This document shows, piece by piece, positions 1 through 10,979 of a stretch of 64,000 bases of DNA (positions are counted from its first letter, which is position 1; each line of letters begins with the position of its first letter). Under the pieces are notes generated by a model that saw only the letters and a program-made list of their open reading frames with translations, was not told the DNA's origin and did not search any database. The position numbers were made by a program, and so were the translations under genes. Source of the DNA: Squalus acanthias (lineage: Eukaryota); contig JASTWF010000036.1 of the NCBI GenBank assembly GCA_030390025.1, positions 1,674,001-1,738,000 of the forward strand, given 5' to 3'.

Positions 1-1244
1 CATCTGCAGAACTTTTAACAACCTTTGAAGCCTAAAGTAACATCGATCACCAAGAGGGAGCCCACCAGTGCCCCGGTCGCAAAGGTCTGGCATCCTGGCA
101 ACAGAAGAGGCATCTGGGCATTTAAGGGGCAAAAGAGCCCCAAAGATTAGGAAATTGCCAGCTTTGTAGGCCTCGGCAGAGACCAAGGCCTATACCAGAC
201 AGGTAAGTGGGGCCAAATTTGAGAGAGAGAAGGCCATAACAAGGCCCTCTCCTTCCACTGGGGGAACATCAAGGCCGTTACTGTTGCTTCCCAGTGCCAC
301 CCTGGACAGAGAGGCAGATGAGACAAGAAGGTGCAGAACCCTTCTACAAATCAGTCTTCTAAATTTTCGGGTTATTCCTTTTAATGACCGGAAAATCGTG
401 AGGGCTGCGAATCAGGCGTGCACTCCCTCTCAGACCCGGTTGTCTGATTTTCCCACCGGCGGAGCAAGGCTCCATGGCAGGAGCTCCAGCTTGCCCCATC
501 TAGAACGCCACATTCCATTGCCCCTGACGACCGGTCAGCAAGGCTGCGGGAGATCTCCTCGAATTATGATCAGGCAGTGCATCATTGCACCAGTGTTCTG
601 CGGTGATTCTTTGCCCGGCGTTTATTGCACAGTCCTGGTTTTCTTTTTGATTTTCATGATTCATCATATTGTTTACTGACAATATCTGTATCCGGTTACC
701 CTAAAACACCCGATCGAACGAGAAATCAGATCCCCTAATATCCTGCCAGGGCTACAGATCCAGACCTATTCGTCCTATAAATCTGCAAGAGTCAGGGATA
801 TTCTTGTCACAGAAGGGCTTCGCCCTGGACAGAGGCAGTCATTTACCTACTTCCCCCACCACCCCCCTCCCCACCCCCAAAGTTCCATTAATAAAGTCTT
901 GCTCACTTGCCTTTGTCTGCTGGTCTTCATCTTCCTGTGTTGTTTTATGCAGGATTGCAGAGAGCGCTGTAACATCAGTCCGTAATTGAATTTTATCCTG
1001 GTCATTTGCCTTCATGGAGTTATTTAATGTGCGGCAATTTATCTACAGACAGTATATGTAAAGGAGACCCGAGTAGGTAAAGGAGTGGTACTTGTAATAT
1101 GGCCATGGGGTTATTTGCAGACCGCCTAAACTTCACCTCTGACCCTTGCTTCTGCCGGGCTCTCTGGCCCACTGCTCTGGACGTGCACAGCTACAGATGT
1201 TGACTGAGCTTTGATTCAATCCTGCGTCCTCTCTTTTTCTTTAT

Positions 1245-1430
1245 ACTTTCATTATTCTTTTCCAATTTGCTCCCCCCATCTGTCCTGAAGGTGTAAAGTC
1301 TTGCTGGGTGCAGTTCCACAGGCGCTGGCCATCTCCCCGGTGACTAGTCTTCATATGTGAGCCTGGATGATGAGTGCCAGTAGGCTGTTTGACCGTGGGG
1401 GGAATAACCTGACCCGCCATCCGCTGAACA
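1245..1430 (-). mobile_element. Old SINE-like interspersed repeat (family C) fragment
   Basis: Reverse complement resembles the copies at 36560-36890 and 47680-47880. Confidence 0.45.
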
Positions 1431-1480
1431 AATACCTTACTGTGTTGGGCCGAGGGAAAATGGAATTCGAGACACACGCA

Positions 1481-2004
1481 TTAAAAAGGATATAGAGGCA
1501 GTGGAGAAGGTGCAAAATAGATTTACGAGGATGATACCAGAACTGAGAGGTTCTAACTATCAGGAAAGACTGCATGGGCTGGGGCTCCTTTCTCTAGAAA
1601 AGAGAAGGCTGAGGGGTGACCTGATCGAGGTCTTTAAAATTATGAAAGGGTTCGATAGGGTAGACGTAGAGAAGATGTTCCCACTTGTGGGGGAGACCGA
1701 AAGTAGGGGCCATCGATATAAGATAGTCACTAATAAATCCAATGGGGAATTCAGGAGAAACTTCTTTACCCAGAGAGTGGTGAGAATGTGGAACTCGCTA
1801 CCACAGGGAGTGGTTGAGGCGAATAGTATAGATGCATTTAAGGGGAAGCTAGACAAGCATATGAGGGAGAAGGGAGTAGAAGGATATGCTGATAGGGTGA
1901 GATGAAGAAGAGTGGGAGGAGGCTCGTGTGGAGCATAAACACCGGCATGGACCAGTTGGGCCGAATGGCCTGTTTCTGTGTTGTAGATGCCATGTAATTC
2001 TATG
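1481..2004 (+). mobile_element. CR1 LINE 3' fragment
   Basis: ORF EKVQNRFTRMIPEL...RRLRGDLIEVFKIMKG...FFTQRVVRMWNSLP followed by the CR1 3' UTR (ggccgaatggcctgtttctgtg). Confidence 0.9.
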
Positions 2005-2164
2005 CATTAATCAGAAGCTGACTCCCAATGACTCAAGTGTTTAATGGTACTATGGTGCATTGCTGGACCCAAGTGTAGCCCTTGCTTTGCACTATAGTCC
2101 AATTGACTTTTGCGGTGAGGAAGAAGCATCTATTACTTTAAGATCAGGTCTTTTTATCTCACTG

Positions 2165-2600
2165 CAGTTCGGTCCCTACAGGACCCGGCGCTAATGGCTA
2201 TTCTCCAGCTGTTAACCTGGTCACTGGGCGTTGGCAGACTCTTTGCCCACGGACAGCATCACTGCCAGGCCCAATCCTGTTCTGACCTGACATCCACATA
2301 CACGTGTACGATAGCAAAATACTGCGGATGCTGGAAATCCGAAATAACAACAGAAAACGCTGGAAAAACTCAGCAGGCCAGGCAGCATCCGTGGAGAGAG
2401 AAAGCTGCCTGGCCTGCTGAGTTTTTCCAGCGTTTTCTGTTGTTATTCCACATACACGTGTGTCCATTCCGGCAGTGGTCGGTGAATGGTGCTCGGGAGC
2501 TTGAACCCTGGCTGATTATTTTTCCTCCTTCCATCGCCCAGGCCACTTCTAATAGCGTCAGAACCGTTGCTCCCACTTAGATCAACTGCATGACATCGTG
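2165..2600 (-). mobile_element. Old SINE-like repeat (family C), interrupted by a Penelope-derived insertion
   Basis: Shares gacatccacatacac...gaaccctggctgatt...ttcctcc blocks with the other family C copies. Confidence 0.45.
2308..2446. mobile_element. Penelope-derived fold-back insertion with 15-bp TSD
   Basis: 44-bp perfect inverted arms (2343-2386 / 2404-2447) plus a ~35-nt unpaired extension. TCCACATACACGTGT is duplicated at 2293-2307 and 2447-2461. Same terminal sequence as the Penelope fragment at 21391. Confidence 0.8.
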
Positions 2601-2819
2601 TCCAGTTTGACTTCCTTGACAACGAAAAGAAATCTCAAGTGGCCGTCAACCCATTGCAGAACTTAACAGGGTCAAGGGCGGTACAGTTTGCAAAGGGAGT
2701 TCGGCTGTCACGCTGTCAGTACAAATCCTAACACGGCATGAATCTGGCAAATCAGCGTGATGGAGAACACGGCACAGTGAATGGAACTGATCAAAATGAA
2801 GGTATAGAGCGGTGGAAAA

Positions 2820-3073
2820 TAGGAGTCGCCAACTCTCCAGGATTGCCCTGGAGTCTCCAGGAATTAAAGATTCATCTCCTGGAGGAATCCGGGAGAAAAA
2901 TCCTTGGGGCATTTCAAATACAAATGTATTTTCTTTGAACACTTTTGTTTATTGGTTATAAAAAATGATTGACAAGGGGGGAAAGGCTGTTTGACCAGGC
3001 GGGGGCGGTTGGAGGCGGGAGGTCATGTGATGGAACCTCCAGGAATACGTCCGACCAGAGTTGGCAACCCGCA
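2820..3073. mobile_element. Non-autonomous hAT element (TAGGGTTGCCAAC-type TIR family)
   Basis: TIR-like ends taggagtcgccaac / gttggcaacccgca; 8-bp TSD GTGGAAAA (2812-2819, 3074-3081). Confidence 0.85.
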
Positions 3074-3792
3074 GTGGAAAAGGGAACGTCTTAGAGGACA
3101 GAAATTTCACAGAATAATGTGTTTTATGGAGAGTGCTCGAAAGCACATTCACAGAGGAAAATTCTGTGCTCAGAGGGTTAACTCCTTGAGGACCACTGCA
3201 GAACGACAGCGTCGTGATACGTCTTCATTCTTTAGAGAATGCCGCAAAAGGAGGTCTGTTTTACGGCCCTCCAGTTTCTGTCTGTTAACAGAACATTGGG
3301 AGAGTTGTCCTTTAAAGGGTTAAGAGATGTGTGATCAATGGGGAGGATAAATGCATTCACACTAAAAGCTACCAGGAAGGAACTTACCTGTGCTGCTTTT
3401 TTAATACTGTTGGAACTCTGGGCTGCTTAACTCTCAAACAAAGCCCAGGCTGAAGTTTTCGAGCAGTTTTGGATCGTAATCCTGTGTAAGCTGGGCTCCC
3501 CTGGCGAGTGCTAGTTTGTAATCGATGCTGACAGCAAGATATAAATCAAACGCAGGCTTCAATTGTAGCTAACACCCTGCGAGATGCTGCTTTCAATAAA
3601 GTTTCTTTAATATCCTCGATCTTGGCACTTGGGTGCTCATTACTCAACCCCCCTCCCCAATGAAAAGTCCATCAAATTGGTCAGCAGACAGCAATTACGG
3701 GACGATAAATCTCAATTGCAGTAAGAGGCTGATACATCAGCTTTCAAATTTTGACTCATTAAGAAGATTGAACTCTTTGCTGAGGCTATTTT

Positions 3793-3830
3793 GAGAGAGG
3801 GAGAGAGAGTGGCAACGAGACTGAGAGACT
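3793..3830. repeat. (GA)n-rich microsatellite
   Basis: gagagagggagagagagt...gagactgagagact. Confidence 0.5.
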
Positions 3831-4082
3831 CGTGGGTTTTTTTTCTCTCCATTCTCTCAACACTTCTTGCTCTGCCGCTTTTCGCGAGTGATAGCTGGGA
3901 GGCAAGAAATGCCTCGGTAGAGCTTGTTTAGGAAGAGAGTGTGCGTCAGAGCTTTAGGTTGTCATGAGAGTTCTAGACGAACCTGGCTGCAAATTGAATG
4001 CTGGATTAGGACTCGGTGATGAAGCAGCAGTGCCAAGTCCACTGACAAAACCCCTCCCTACAGTCAGTTGGGACGGGCTCCT

Positions 4083-4088
4083 TATAAA
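4083..4088 (+). promoter_or_regulatory. Candidate TATA box of the ASIC1b promoter
   Basis: TATAAA ~355 bp upstream of the ATG, in repeat-free sequence, preceded by a GC-box-like GGGACGGGC. Confidence 0.45.
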
Positions 4089-4442
4089 TTATTAAGCAGG
4101 CCGGGCTGCTCATCATCCTGGCTCCAGTACTCTCTGTGGCAGCGTGAACATACAGCTCAGTACTTCTTCAGTGAAGCTGACTGGGACTTATTGTGCAACA
4201 GAGCAGCTTGAGATTATATCCAATGCCTTCTTAACTTCCTGCAGGTTGTAATGATTTTTACGTTTAACTTTACCGAAATGCATCTTATTAATTTGACTAT
4301 GTGACTACAAGATATTTCTACATCAAAACTGTACTTTTTTTTTTTAAAAGACATTTTGTAAAGGCAAACCGATATTCCTAGTCTTGGGAATTTTTCTTTT
4401 TAAAAAAAAACCCCCAGCTTCCCTTCCGTGCGTTTATTCAGA

Positions 4443-5045
4443 ATGCCGGTCCAGATATTTTGCACTATTTCCTTTGCGGCTGACGACGAGAAGGGAGAGG
4501 AGAAAAAAAGGGAGGAGAGTTTCGATCAGTTTTCCGAAGAGGAGGAAGATGAGGAGGAAGGCCAGTCGAATGTGATCAGCCTCACTGCTTTCGCCGGCAA
4601 TTCCAACCTGCACGGAGTGAACCATATCTTTGTCGAAGGCGGCTGTGGGGTCCGGCAGGTCCTGTGGGGCTGCGCGTTCCTCTCCTCTCTTGCCATCTTT
4701 CTGTACCAGGTGATGGACCGGATCATGTATTACCTGGAGTACCACCACATCACGGCTCTCGATGAGATGGACAGCCCCTTCATGTACTTCCCGGCCGTGA
4801 CCCTCTGCAACTTCAACAGATTCCGACGCTCCAAGATCACTTACCCGGACTTGACCTTTGCTGGCTCGCTAATGGGGTACACCGAAGGCATGGATCTAGG
4901 ATTCCAACTGGCACCGTCGGCCAGGAATGATGGCTTGCCCTTCAGCATGTATGAATTGTTCAACAGGACCAGCCATCAGTTGGAGGACATGCTAAAGGAA
5001 TGTAAATACCGTGCGCAAGAATGCGGCCCTGAGAACTTCACTGTG
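4443..5045 (+). CDS. ASIC1: Acid-sensing ion channel 1, isoform 1b-specific first coding exon (N-terminus, HG motif, TM1, start of ectodomain; 201 codons)
   Basis: ATG at 4443 gives MPVQIFCTISF...acidic run...AFAGNSNLHGVNHIFVEGG...RQVLW...FPAVTLCNFN...HQLEDML..C.Y....CGPENFTV. This matches the vertebrate ASIC1b N-terminus (MPIQIFC...LHGTNHIFVEGG). The exon ends at GTG|gtaag (donor 5046), just before the FTRYGKCYTFN exon shared by ASIC1 isoforms. Confidence 0.92.
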
Positions 5046-5618
5046 GTAAGCTAAGTTTACTCGACAAAAGATTCAGTGATTCCTGCCACTAGGAGACACT
5101 GAATCTTCGGTGATAGCCGTTCCATTACTTTGTTGTGTCAGTCGCACTTTCGTTCCTGTGGGTGGGATATTTTTGCACTCACAATTTTACGCCACCTGAG
5201 TTACTATGTCGTCTTTATCCTTGCGGAGGTTTATGGGTAAATAATGTAATCGATGTTTAATAGTTCCTGTCTAAAGGACACCCTCGTCCGTCTGTCCACC
5301 CTCCCCCGCAAGGCATCGGTTTCAATGCTTAAATGACCGTGTCGCCATGGGGTGAAGTTTACACAGAGGAGTCGGAAGTCTGCAGTGGCATCAGTTACCT
5401 CCGATTCTTAGCAGGGAAAAAGTTTCTCCCTGGTGGTTATGTTAGGTCAGTGCTATTACCAGAGTAATGAGAAATGGCGGAGAAAATCTCGTAGTGAATA
5501 AGTGGAGAGAAGAAGGAGTAACATAGTTTAGATCCACTTTCAAGGCAAGGTGTCTGGCAAGGCCCCTGCGGCACGTTTAGATACAGAAGACAGTGTCATT
5601 GGTAGCGTTATGACCCTT

Positions 5619-5948
5619 GTGTCAGCCGTGGCTCAGTTGGTAGCACTCTCACCTCTGAGCCAGAAGGTTATGGGTTCATAGTCCCACTCCAGCAGCCAAT
5701 TTATGCACAGCAAGCTCCCACAAACAACAATGAGATAAATGAGCAGATAATCTGTTTCAGTCATGTTGGTTGAGGGATAAATATTGACCAGGACACCAGG
5801 GATAACTCCCCTGTTCTTCTTCGAATAGTGCCATGGGATCTTTTGTGTCCACCCGAGAGGGCAGACGGGGCCTCGGTTTAACGTCTCATCCGACAGTGCA
5901 GCACTGAAGTGTCAGCCTAGATTATGCACTTAAGTCTCTGGAGTGAGG
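5619..5948. mobile_element. DeuSINE/SacSINE1-like SINE with internal inversion
   Basis: tRNA-like head on + (5619-5691), followed directly by the body in reverse orientation (5692-5948). Confidence 0.8.
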
Positions 5949-6376
5949 CATGACACTTGAATGGGAAAATCCCTGCAGAATTCCCGTTTGCTTTGTCTGG
6001 TGAATGTCATCCAATTTCTTTAGTTTGGCTTGTAGCGAAGGCCAGACAGCTACTGCCCCAGTTTGCATGATTCCATGCCGTCTTTAAGCGATGATTTATC
6101 AGTTTGGTCTGCCCGTTGTGAGGGAGGGGATGGGGTGGTCTAACTGCTTTAGGGGAGCAGAGTAACTTAAGCTCAGCGACGGGGGAGGCGGGTGCACAAG
6201 TGATCTTTTTCAATTCTTGTGATGGCCCCTGGAGGGAACTTCAAATTCTGTGAGCTCTTTCGATCTTATTTCAGCTTTTAAACTTCTGGTTATTTGTGAC
6301 TTGTTATTTTGGATGTACAGTAGGTCCATCTGAAGATATCGGAAGCAATATTAGACATGTGGAGGCATCTATCTTT

Positions 6377-6831
6377 CAGTGGGTAGCACCCTCGCCTCTG
6401 AGTCAGAAGGTTTTGGGTTCAAGTCCCACTCCAGGGACTTGAGCACAAAATCTAAGCTGACACTCCAGTGCAGTGCTGAGGGAGTACTGCACTGTTGGAG
6501 CTGCCGTCTTTCAGATGAGACGTTAAACCGAGGCCCTGTCTGCCCTCTCAGGTGGACACAAAAGATCCCATGGCACTATTTCGAAGAAGAGCAGGGGAGC
6601 TCTCCCCAGTGTCCTGGGGCCAATATTTATCCCTCAACCAACATCACTAAAACAGATGATCTGGTCATTTATCACATTGCTGTTTGTGGGAGCTTGCTGT
6701 GCGCAAATTGGCTGCTGCGTTTCCTACATTACAACAGTGACTACACTCCAAAAAGTACTTCATTGGCTGTAAAGTGCTTTGGGACATCCTGAGGTGGTGA
6801 AAGGCGCTGTAGAAATGCAAGTTCTTTCATT
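6377..6831 (+). mobile_element. tRNA-derived DeuSINE (SacSINE1/AmnSINE-like)
   Basis: B-box GGTTCAAGTCC, Deu-domain-like gatgagacgttaaaccgaggcc...gatcccatggcactatt, and L2-like tail aaggcgct.tagaaatgcaag. Confidence 0.85.
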
Positions 6832-7620
6832 TTCTCCTTGTTTTTCCCCATGCTTCTATTCCTGTCACCTTACTTTAGCCTTTAAGTGCCACTGTGATTG
6901 CTACCTTTGATTACAGTAACCTTTTTCCATTGAGATTTCATTATGCCAACAACAACTAATCTTTGCTTTTACGACTACTTGTGTGCACGTAGATTTTCTT
7001 TGAATGGCCAAGATACACTTACACTTCTGTTCAATGATTTCCGATGGCAGACGTATTTTTCATTGCTTCATTACTTTGAAACTTGGAAATATCTTGGGCG
7101 CTGGGGGTAGGGACTACCTTGAGATTTCTGGGGGGTGGCAAGTGCGGGGTTGGCATGTGTTAGAATGTTTTAAGATGATTTAAAAAGTCAATCTATCCCA
7201 GCATTCCTTTCTTTTAGCATTTTTAGTGGTCGAGCAAATGTGAGAGAAAGGGAACTTAATCATGAGCAACAGGTCTAGGGAACGGAATAAACATTTGGCC
7301 TAAGCACTTACCGTACTATAAACAAAGCTTGTAGCACAGAGGCAAAGGCTGAAACGATTATAAGCTGCGGCCTTAGCTAAACGTGCAAACTACGTATTAT
7401 GAAAGCACAGGCCAATCTTGTATTATAGTATAAGAATAGAACCAAGGCCCCTTTAAGGCAAAGTGTTCTCGAGGGTCAGGAGCAATGCAGCCGCACGGAG
7501 GGCCTGGAGGGCGGGAGCTGGTCACTCCAGGACTTGTGTTGCTCTCTGACATCAGAGAGCGTTCTCGGAGGTAGTCGGAGCCTGGGAACCAGGCTGAATT
7601 ATTTGCATGTCATTTAATAT

Positions 7621-7921
7621 AAAGAAATAAAGAACTTGCATTTATATAGCGCCTTTCATGACCACCGGACGTCCCAAAGCGCCTTACAGCCAACCAAGTA
7701 CTTTGGAAGTGTAGTCACTGTTGTAATGTGGGAAACGCAGCAGCCAATTTGCGCACAGCAAGGTCCCACAAACAGCAATGTGAGAATGACCAGATAATCT
7801 GTTTTAGTGATGTTGGTTGAGGGATAAATATTGGCCAGGAAACCCCTGTTCTTCCTTGATAGTGCCATGGGATCTTTTATGTCCAGTTGAGAGGGCAGTT
7901 GGTTTGGCGTCTCATCCGAAT
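7621..7921 (-). mobile_element. DeuSINE-like SINE, 5'-truncated
   Basis: Reverse complement of the body and tail of the 6377 family. Confidence 0.85.
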
Positions 7922-9035
7922 GGATGACCAAATGGAAGAGCAAGTCAGTCACTGTAATAAAGCTTGTTATTATAAATACCATTTGTGTGTGAATCATAAG
8001 CGGAGTTATTATCACCAGACTAACAACCCTGTGTTGCGACGGTAACCATTAAGAAATCCGCTGAGAGCATGTAACCGTGAGGTGCTGTCCCATTGAGCTG
8101 AGGCAGTCACGTAACGTTACGACTGCAGTGCTACCTACGGCCGTAGCACCTTTGGAATCTTGCCGTTGTTTAATATGCAATAGGTAAGGCTTTAGGACTG
8201 AAAGTGTAAGCACATAACTGAGCTCTACTTGCCCTCAGTTCAAAAAAACACATACAAGGCAAGCTTCACTAAAACAGCCGTGTCTTCAAAAAAGAAATTA
8301 TACAGTGCCATCAGTTTAATTTTAACACATAGCTTCCCCAGAGAGTTGGACTTTTTGATATAATTAAGGGCACAATCCTTTGATCTAATTTCCTCCCTTT
8401 TTTTTAAACTTCCTTTCCTCTGCTCCTTCAACGTACTTTTCCCTGTCTCCCTACCTCCCCTTCCTATCTCCCTACCTCCCCTTCCTGCCTCCCCACCCCT
8501 CCCCCACCAGTTTCGATGTGTAATAAAGTTCTTTGCGTTGCTGAATGAACAGCTGTGAGCATGGCTGCACTCGGTTACTATAAAAAGCATTGGTCCCGTC
8601 TCGTTCAGAAACATGCTGCCAGCCTGCAGAATATATTGCTGTCAAGTAGTGTTGCCTTGCCGTCACCCATGAGTGCTTCTGGCAGCTTTGGTTAGTGAGG
8701 ATCTGGTTAGGTATCAATTCCTTTTTAAATAAAATGTTTCGAGGGCTTGCGCAAGAGGAGAGCGTGTCAGCCCCTTGCCGTGTTGGTTTGGTAGGGGGGT
8801 AAAGAACTTGGATCGTCACGACCCCCCGTGATGTCCCACAGTGCTTCACAACCAGTGAATGACTCTTGAAGTGCGGCTGCTCTTGGTGCGCGGATGCGCG
8901 CAAAGATTCTTTGTCTTTTGCCATGGCTCTGCCTGGAGTTTAACTCAAAATGGCATCAGTAAAAATGCTACAATTGGGGCACCACGTGGACAATCCCAGA
9001 TGCCAACCCTCATGCCACTACTCTGTGGCACAATA

Positions 9036-9290
9036 TCATAGAATGCTACAGCACAGAAGGAGGTCATTCGGCCCATCGTGCCCGTGCCGGCTCTTTGAAA
9101 GAGCTCTCCAATTACATAGAATATACAGCACAGAAACAGGCCATTTGGCCCAACCAGGCCATGCTGGCGTTTATGCTCCACTCGAGCCTCCTCCCGTCCT
9201 TCTAATTAGTCCCACTCCCCTTGCTCTTGCCTCAGAGCCCTGCAATTTGTTCCACTTCAAGTATTTATCCAATTCCCTTTTGAAAGTTGC
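9036..9290 (-). mobile_element. Two nested CR1 3' tails
   Basis: atcatagaat..cagcacagaaggagg tail interrupted at aatta by an acatagaat..cagcacagaaacaggcc tail. Confidence 0.7.
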
Positions 9291-9399
9291 GAACTTTGAT
9301 GTGCCTGGAGAGAGTTTCTTTGCTGCATTGTGGATTGTCTGGGAGCGGGTTTGCTCTGGTGGATTCTTACATTTGCTGTTGACTAGTTGACATGTTTTA

Positions 9400-9726
9400 A
9401 CATCAGATTCAAAAGTATATATTTGTTGGGTGAGGGTATTAAGGGTTCCGAACCAAGGCGGGTGGATGGAGTTAAGATACAGATCAGGATCTAATTGAAT
9501 GGTGGAACAGGCTCGAGGGCAATGTTCCCTTTAAGCTGTGGGGCCGCGTGGCCGCACGGTGCTCTGGAGGGCCCGTGCAGCCGGCTCACCGGTTTTTAAA
9601 TGTGAAAACCGCGGATGCGCGGAATTTTGAATGGGCCACTCAGCCTCTTAAAGGGGCCGTGCAGCCCAAAAATAAATTAGAGGGAACATTGCTCGAGGGG
9701 CTAAATGGCCTCCTCCTGTTCCTATG
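9400..9726 (+). mobile_element. CR1 3' end, interrupted by a hAT MITE
   Basis: agggtattaaggg...gaatggtggaacaggctcgaggg[MITE]gctaaatggcctcctcctgttcctatg. Confidence 0.7.
9520..9691. mobile_element. 172-bp hAT MITE
   Basis: TIRs CAATGTTCCCTTTAA / TTAGAGGGAACATTG; perfect 8-bp TSD CTCGAGGG (9512-9519, 9692-9699). Confidence 0.9.
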
Positions 9727-10979
9727 GAAGTACAATGACAAAGGTGGTTTTCTTCACAAGATTGGTGAATTTGTTTGGATTTGGAAGAATAGTCACTGAA
9801 ATTGTCTGTAAGAGCTTCTCACCCAAAAGAAGTGGCTGTTTACAATTTCAACAAATTATAGAATCAACAACAACTTGCATTTATATAGTGCCTTCAATGT
9901 AGCAAATGCTCCAAGATGCTTTACAAAGACCCCAGTTAACCAACCAGCTGGAATTGTGGAGTTCCTCACCTCCCTCACTTTTCTCTTCCTCCAACAATCT
10001 ATAGGCAAATCTTGGTGCCACCTTACTGCTACTTCGATTCTTTTCAACCTTGGCACTGTGCAGCACGTGGGCATTGCCCCTTCACCTAAGTTTCTCAGTT
10101 TGGAAAAGAAAAAGCACATTGGTCCGAGGTGAATGTTTGCCGTTAGGATCCTGGCTTTTGAGATCCACAGCAGCCAGTGAGAAGGTCCAGAGTGCGTCAT
10201 TATCCAGAGTTGATGGCAAATAGCAACAGATCTTTTTGATCGAGGTGTACATCGGGTGGCGGACGGACGGGGCATCCGCTGTGCCCGCCACATGCAGTTG
10301 GCAGGGAACCCGAACCAATTTTGTGATCGGGCCTACTTCAACGTAACCAGTGAGCTGCCAGCACTAATAGGCAGCCCACCGATTGGGAGGACAGGAAATC
10401 CAGCAGGGCTTAAGGCAGCCTGCAGCCCCTTAAAGGGGAGGTACACTTTCAATGGTGGTCAGTGATTTTCTGAAGCAGCGAACAGCATGACGTCATCCAC
10501 AACCCCCAATATTCTTTGGCGCAGACTTGGAGGTGTTCCTAGAGCAAGTGAGCAGCAGGAAGGAGCTCCTCTTCTTCTCCGATGGGTGACGGGTGCTCCA
10601 TCAACTGAGCCAGCAGTGATGGAGAGGTGGCAGTGCATCGATGCCAACATTATTCCCAGGACCTGGCTACAGCATAGGAAGAAATTTAATGACCTCACCA
10701 GGAATGCCAAGGTAAGACATCTCTCCTACTCACTGAATAGCCCAGCAACGCCAGACTTTAGCCCCAGCACTGGCAATCGTTTCCGCTCTGATTTCCATGC
10801 CTCTCCTCCAATTACAATGGGACACTTCGCTGCACATCCTCTCTGCTTGCACTCACGCCCTCAACTCTTGCTACAACCCTCACAATCACTTCCCCCTCCT
10901 GGCCTCTGCTTCTTCCGCTCAGCATGCACTCTATGTTGAGCTGCCTCACGCCTCTTCCAAAACCCTTTAGCAGGGCACA

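Noticed and set aside
1..757. Possible Harbinger-like element ending ...gaaatcagatccc-TAA
   Set aside because: The other end is outside the window and there is no coding or TIR evidence to confirm it.
2240..2262. REST/NRSE half-site CACGGACAGC
   Set aside because: The left half is missing and it sits within a decayed SINE.
4428..4442. ORF-track start at 4428 and stop at 5054
   Set aside because: 4428 is GTG; homology starts at ATG 4443, and the frame leaves through the splice donor at 5046.
6379..6792. Recurrent short ORFs such as ...ANIYPSTNITKTD...
   Set aside because: Incidental translations of SINE copies.
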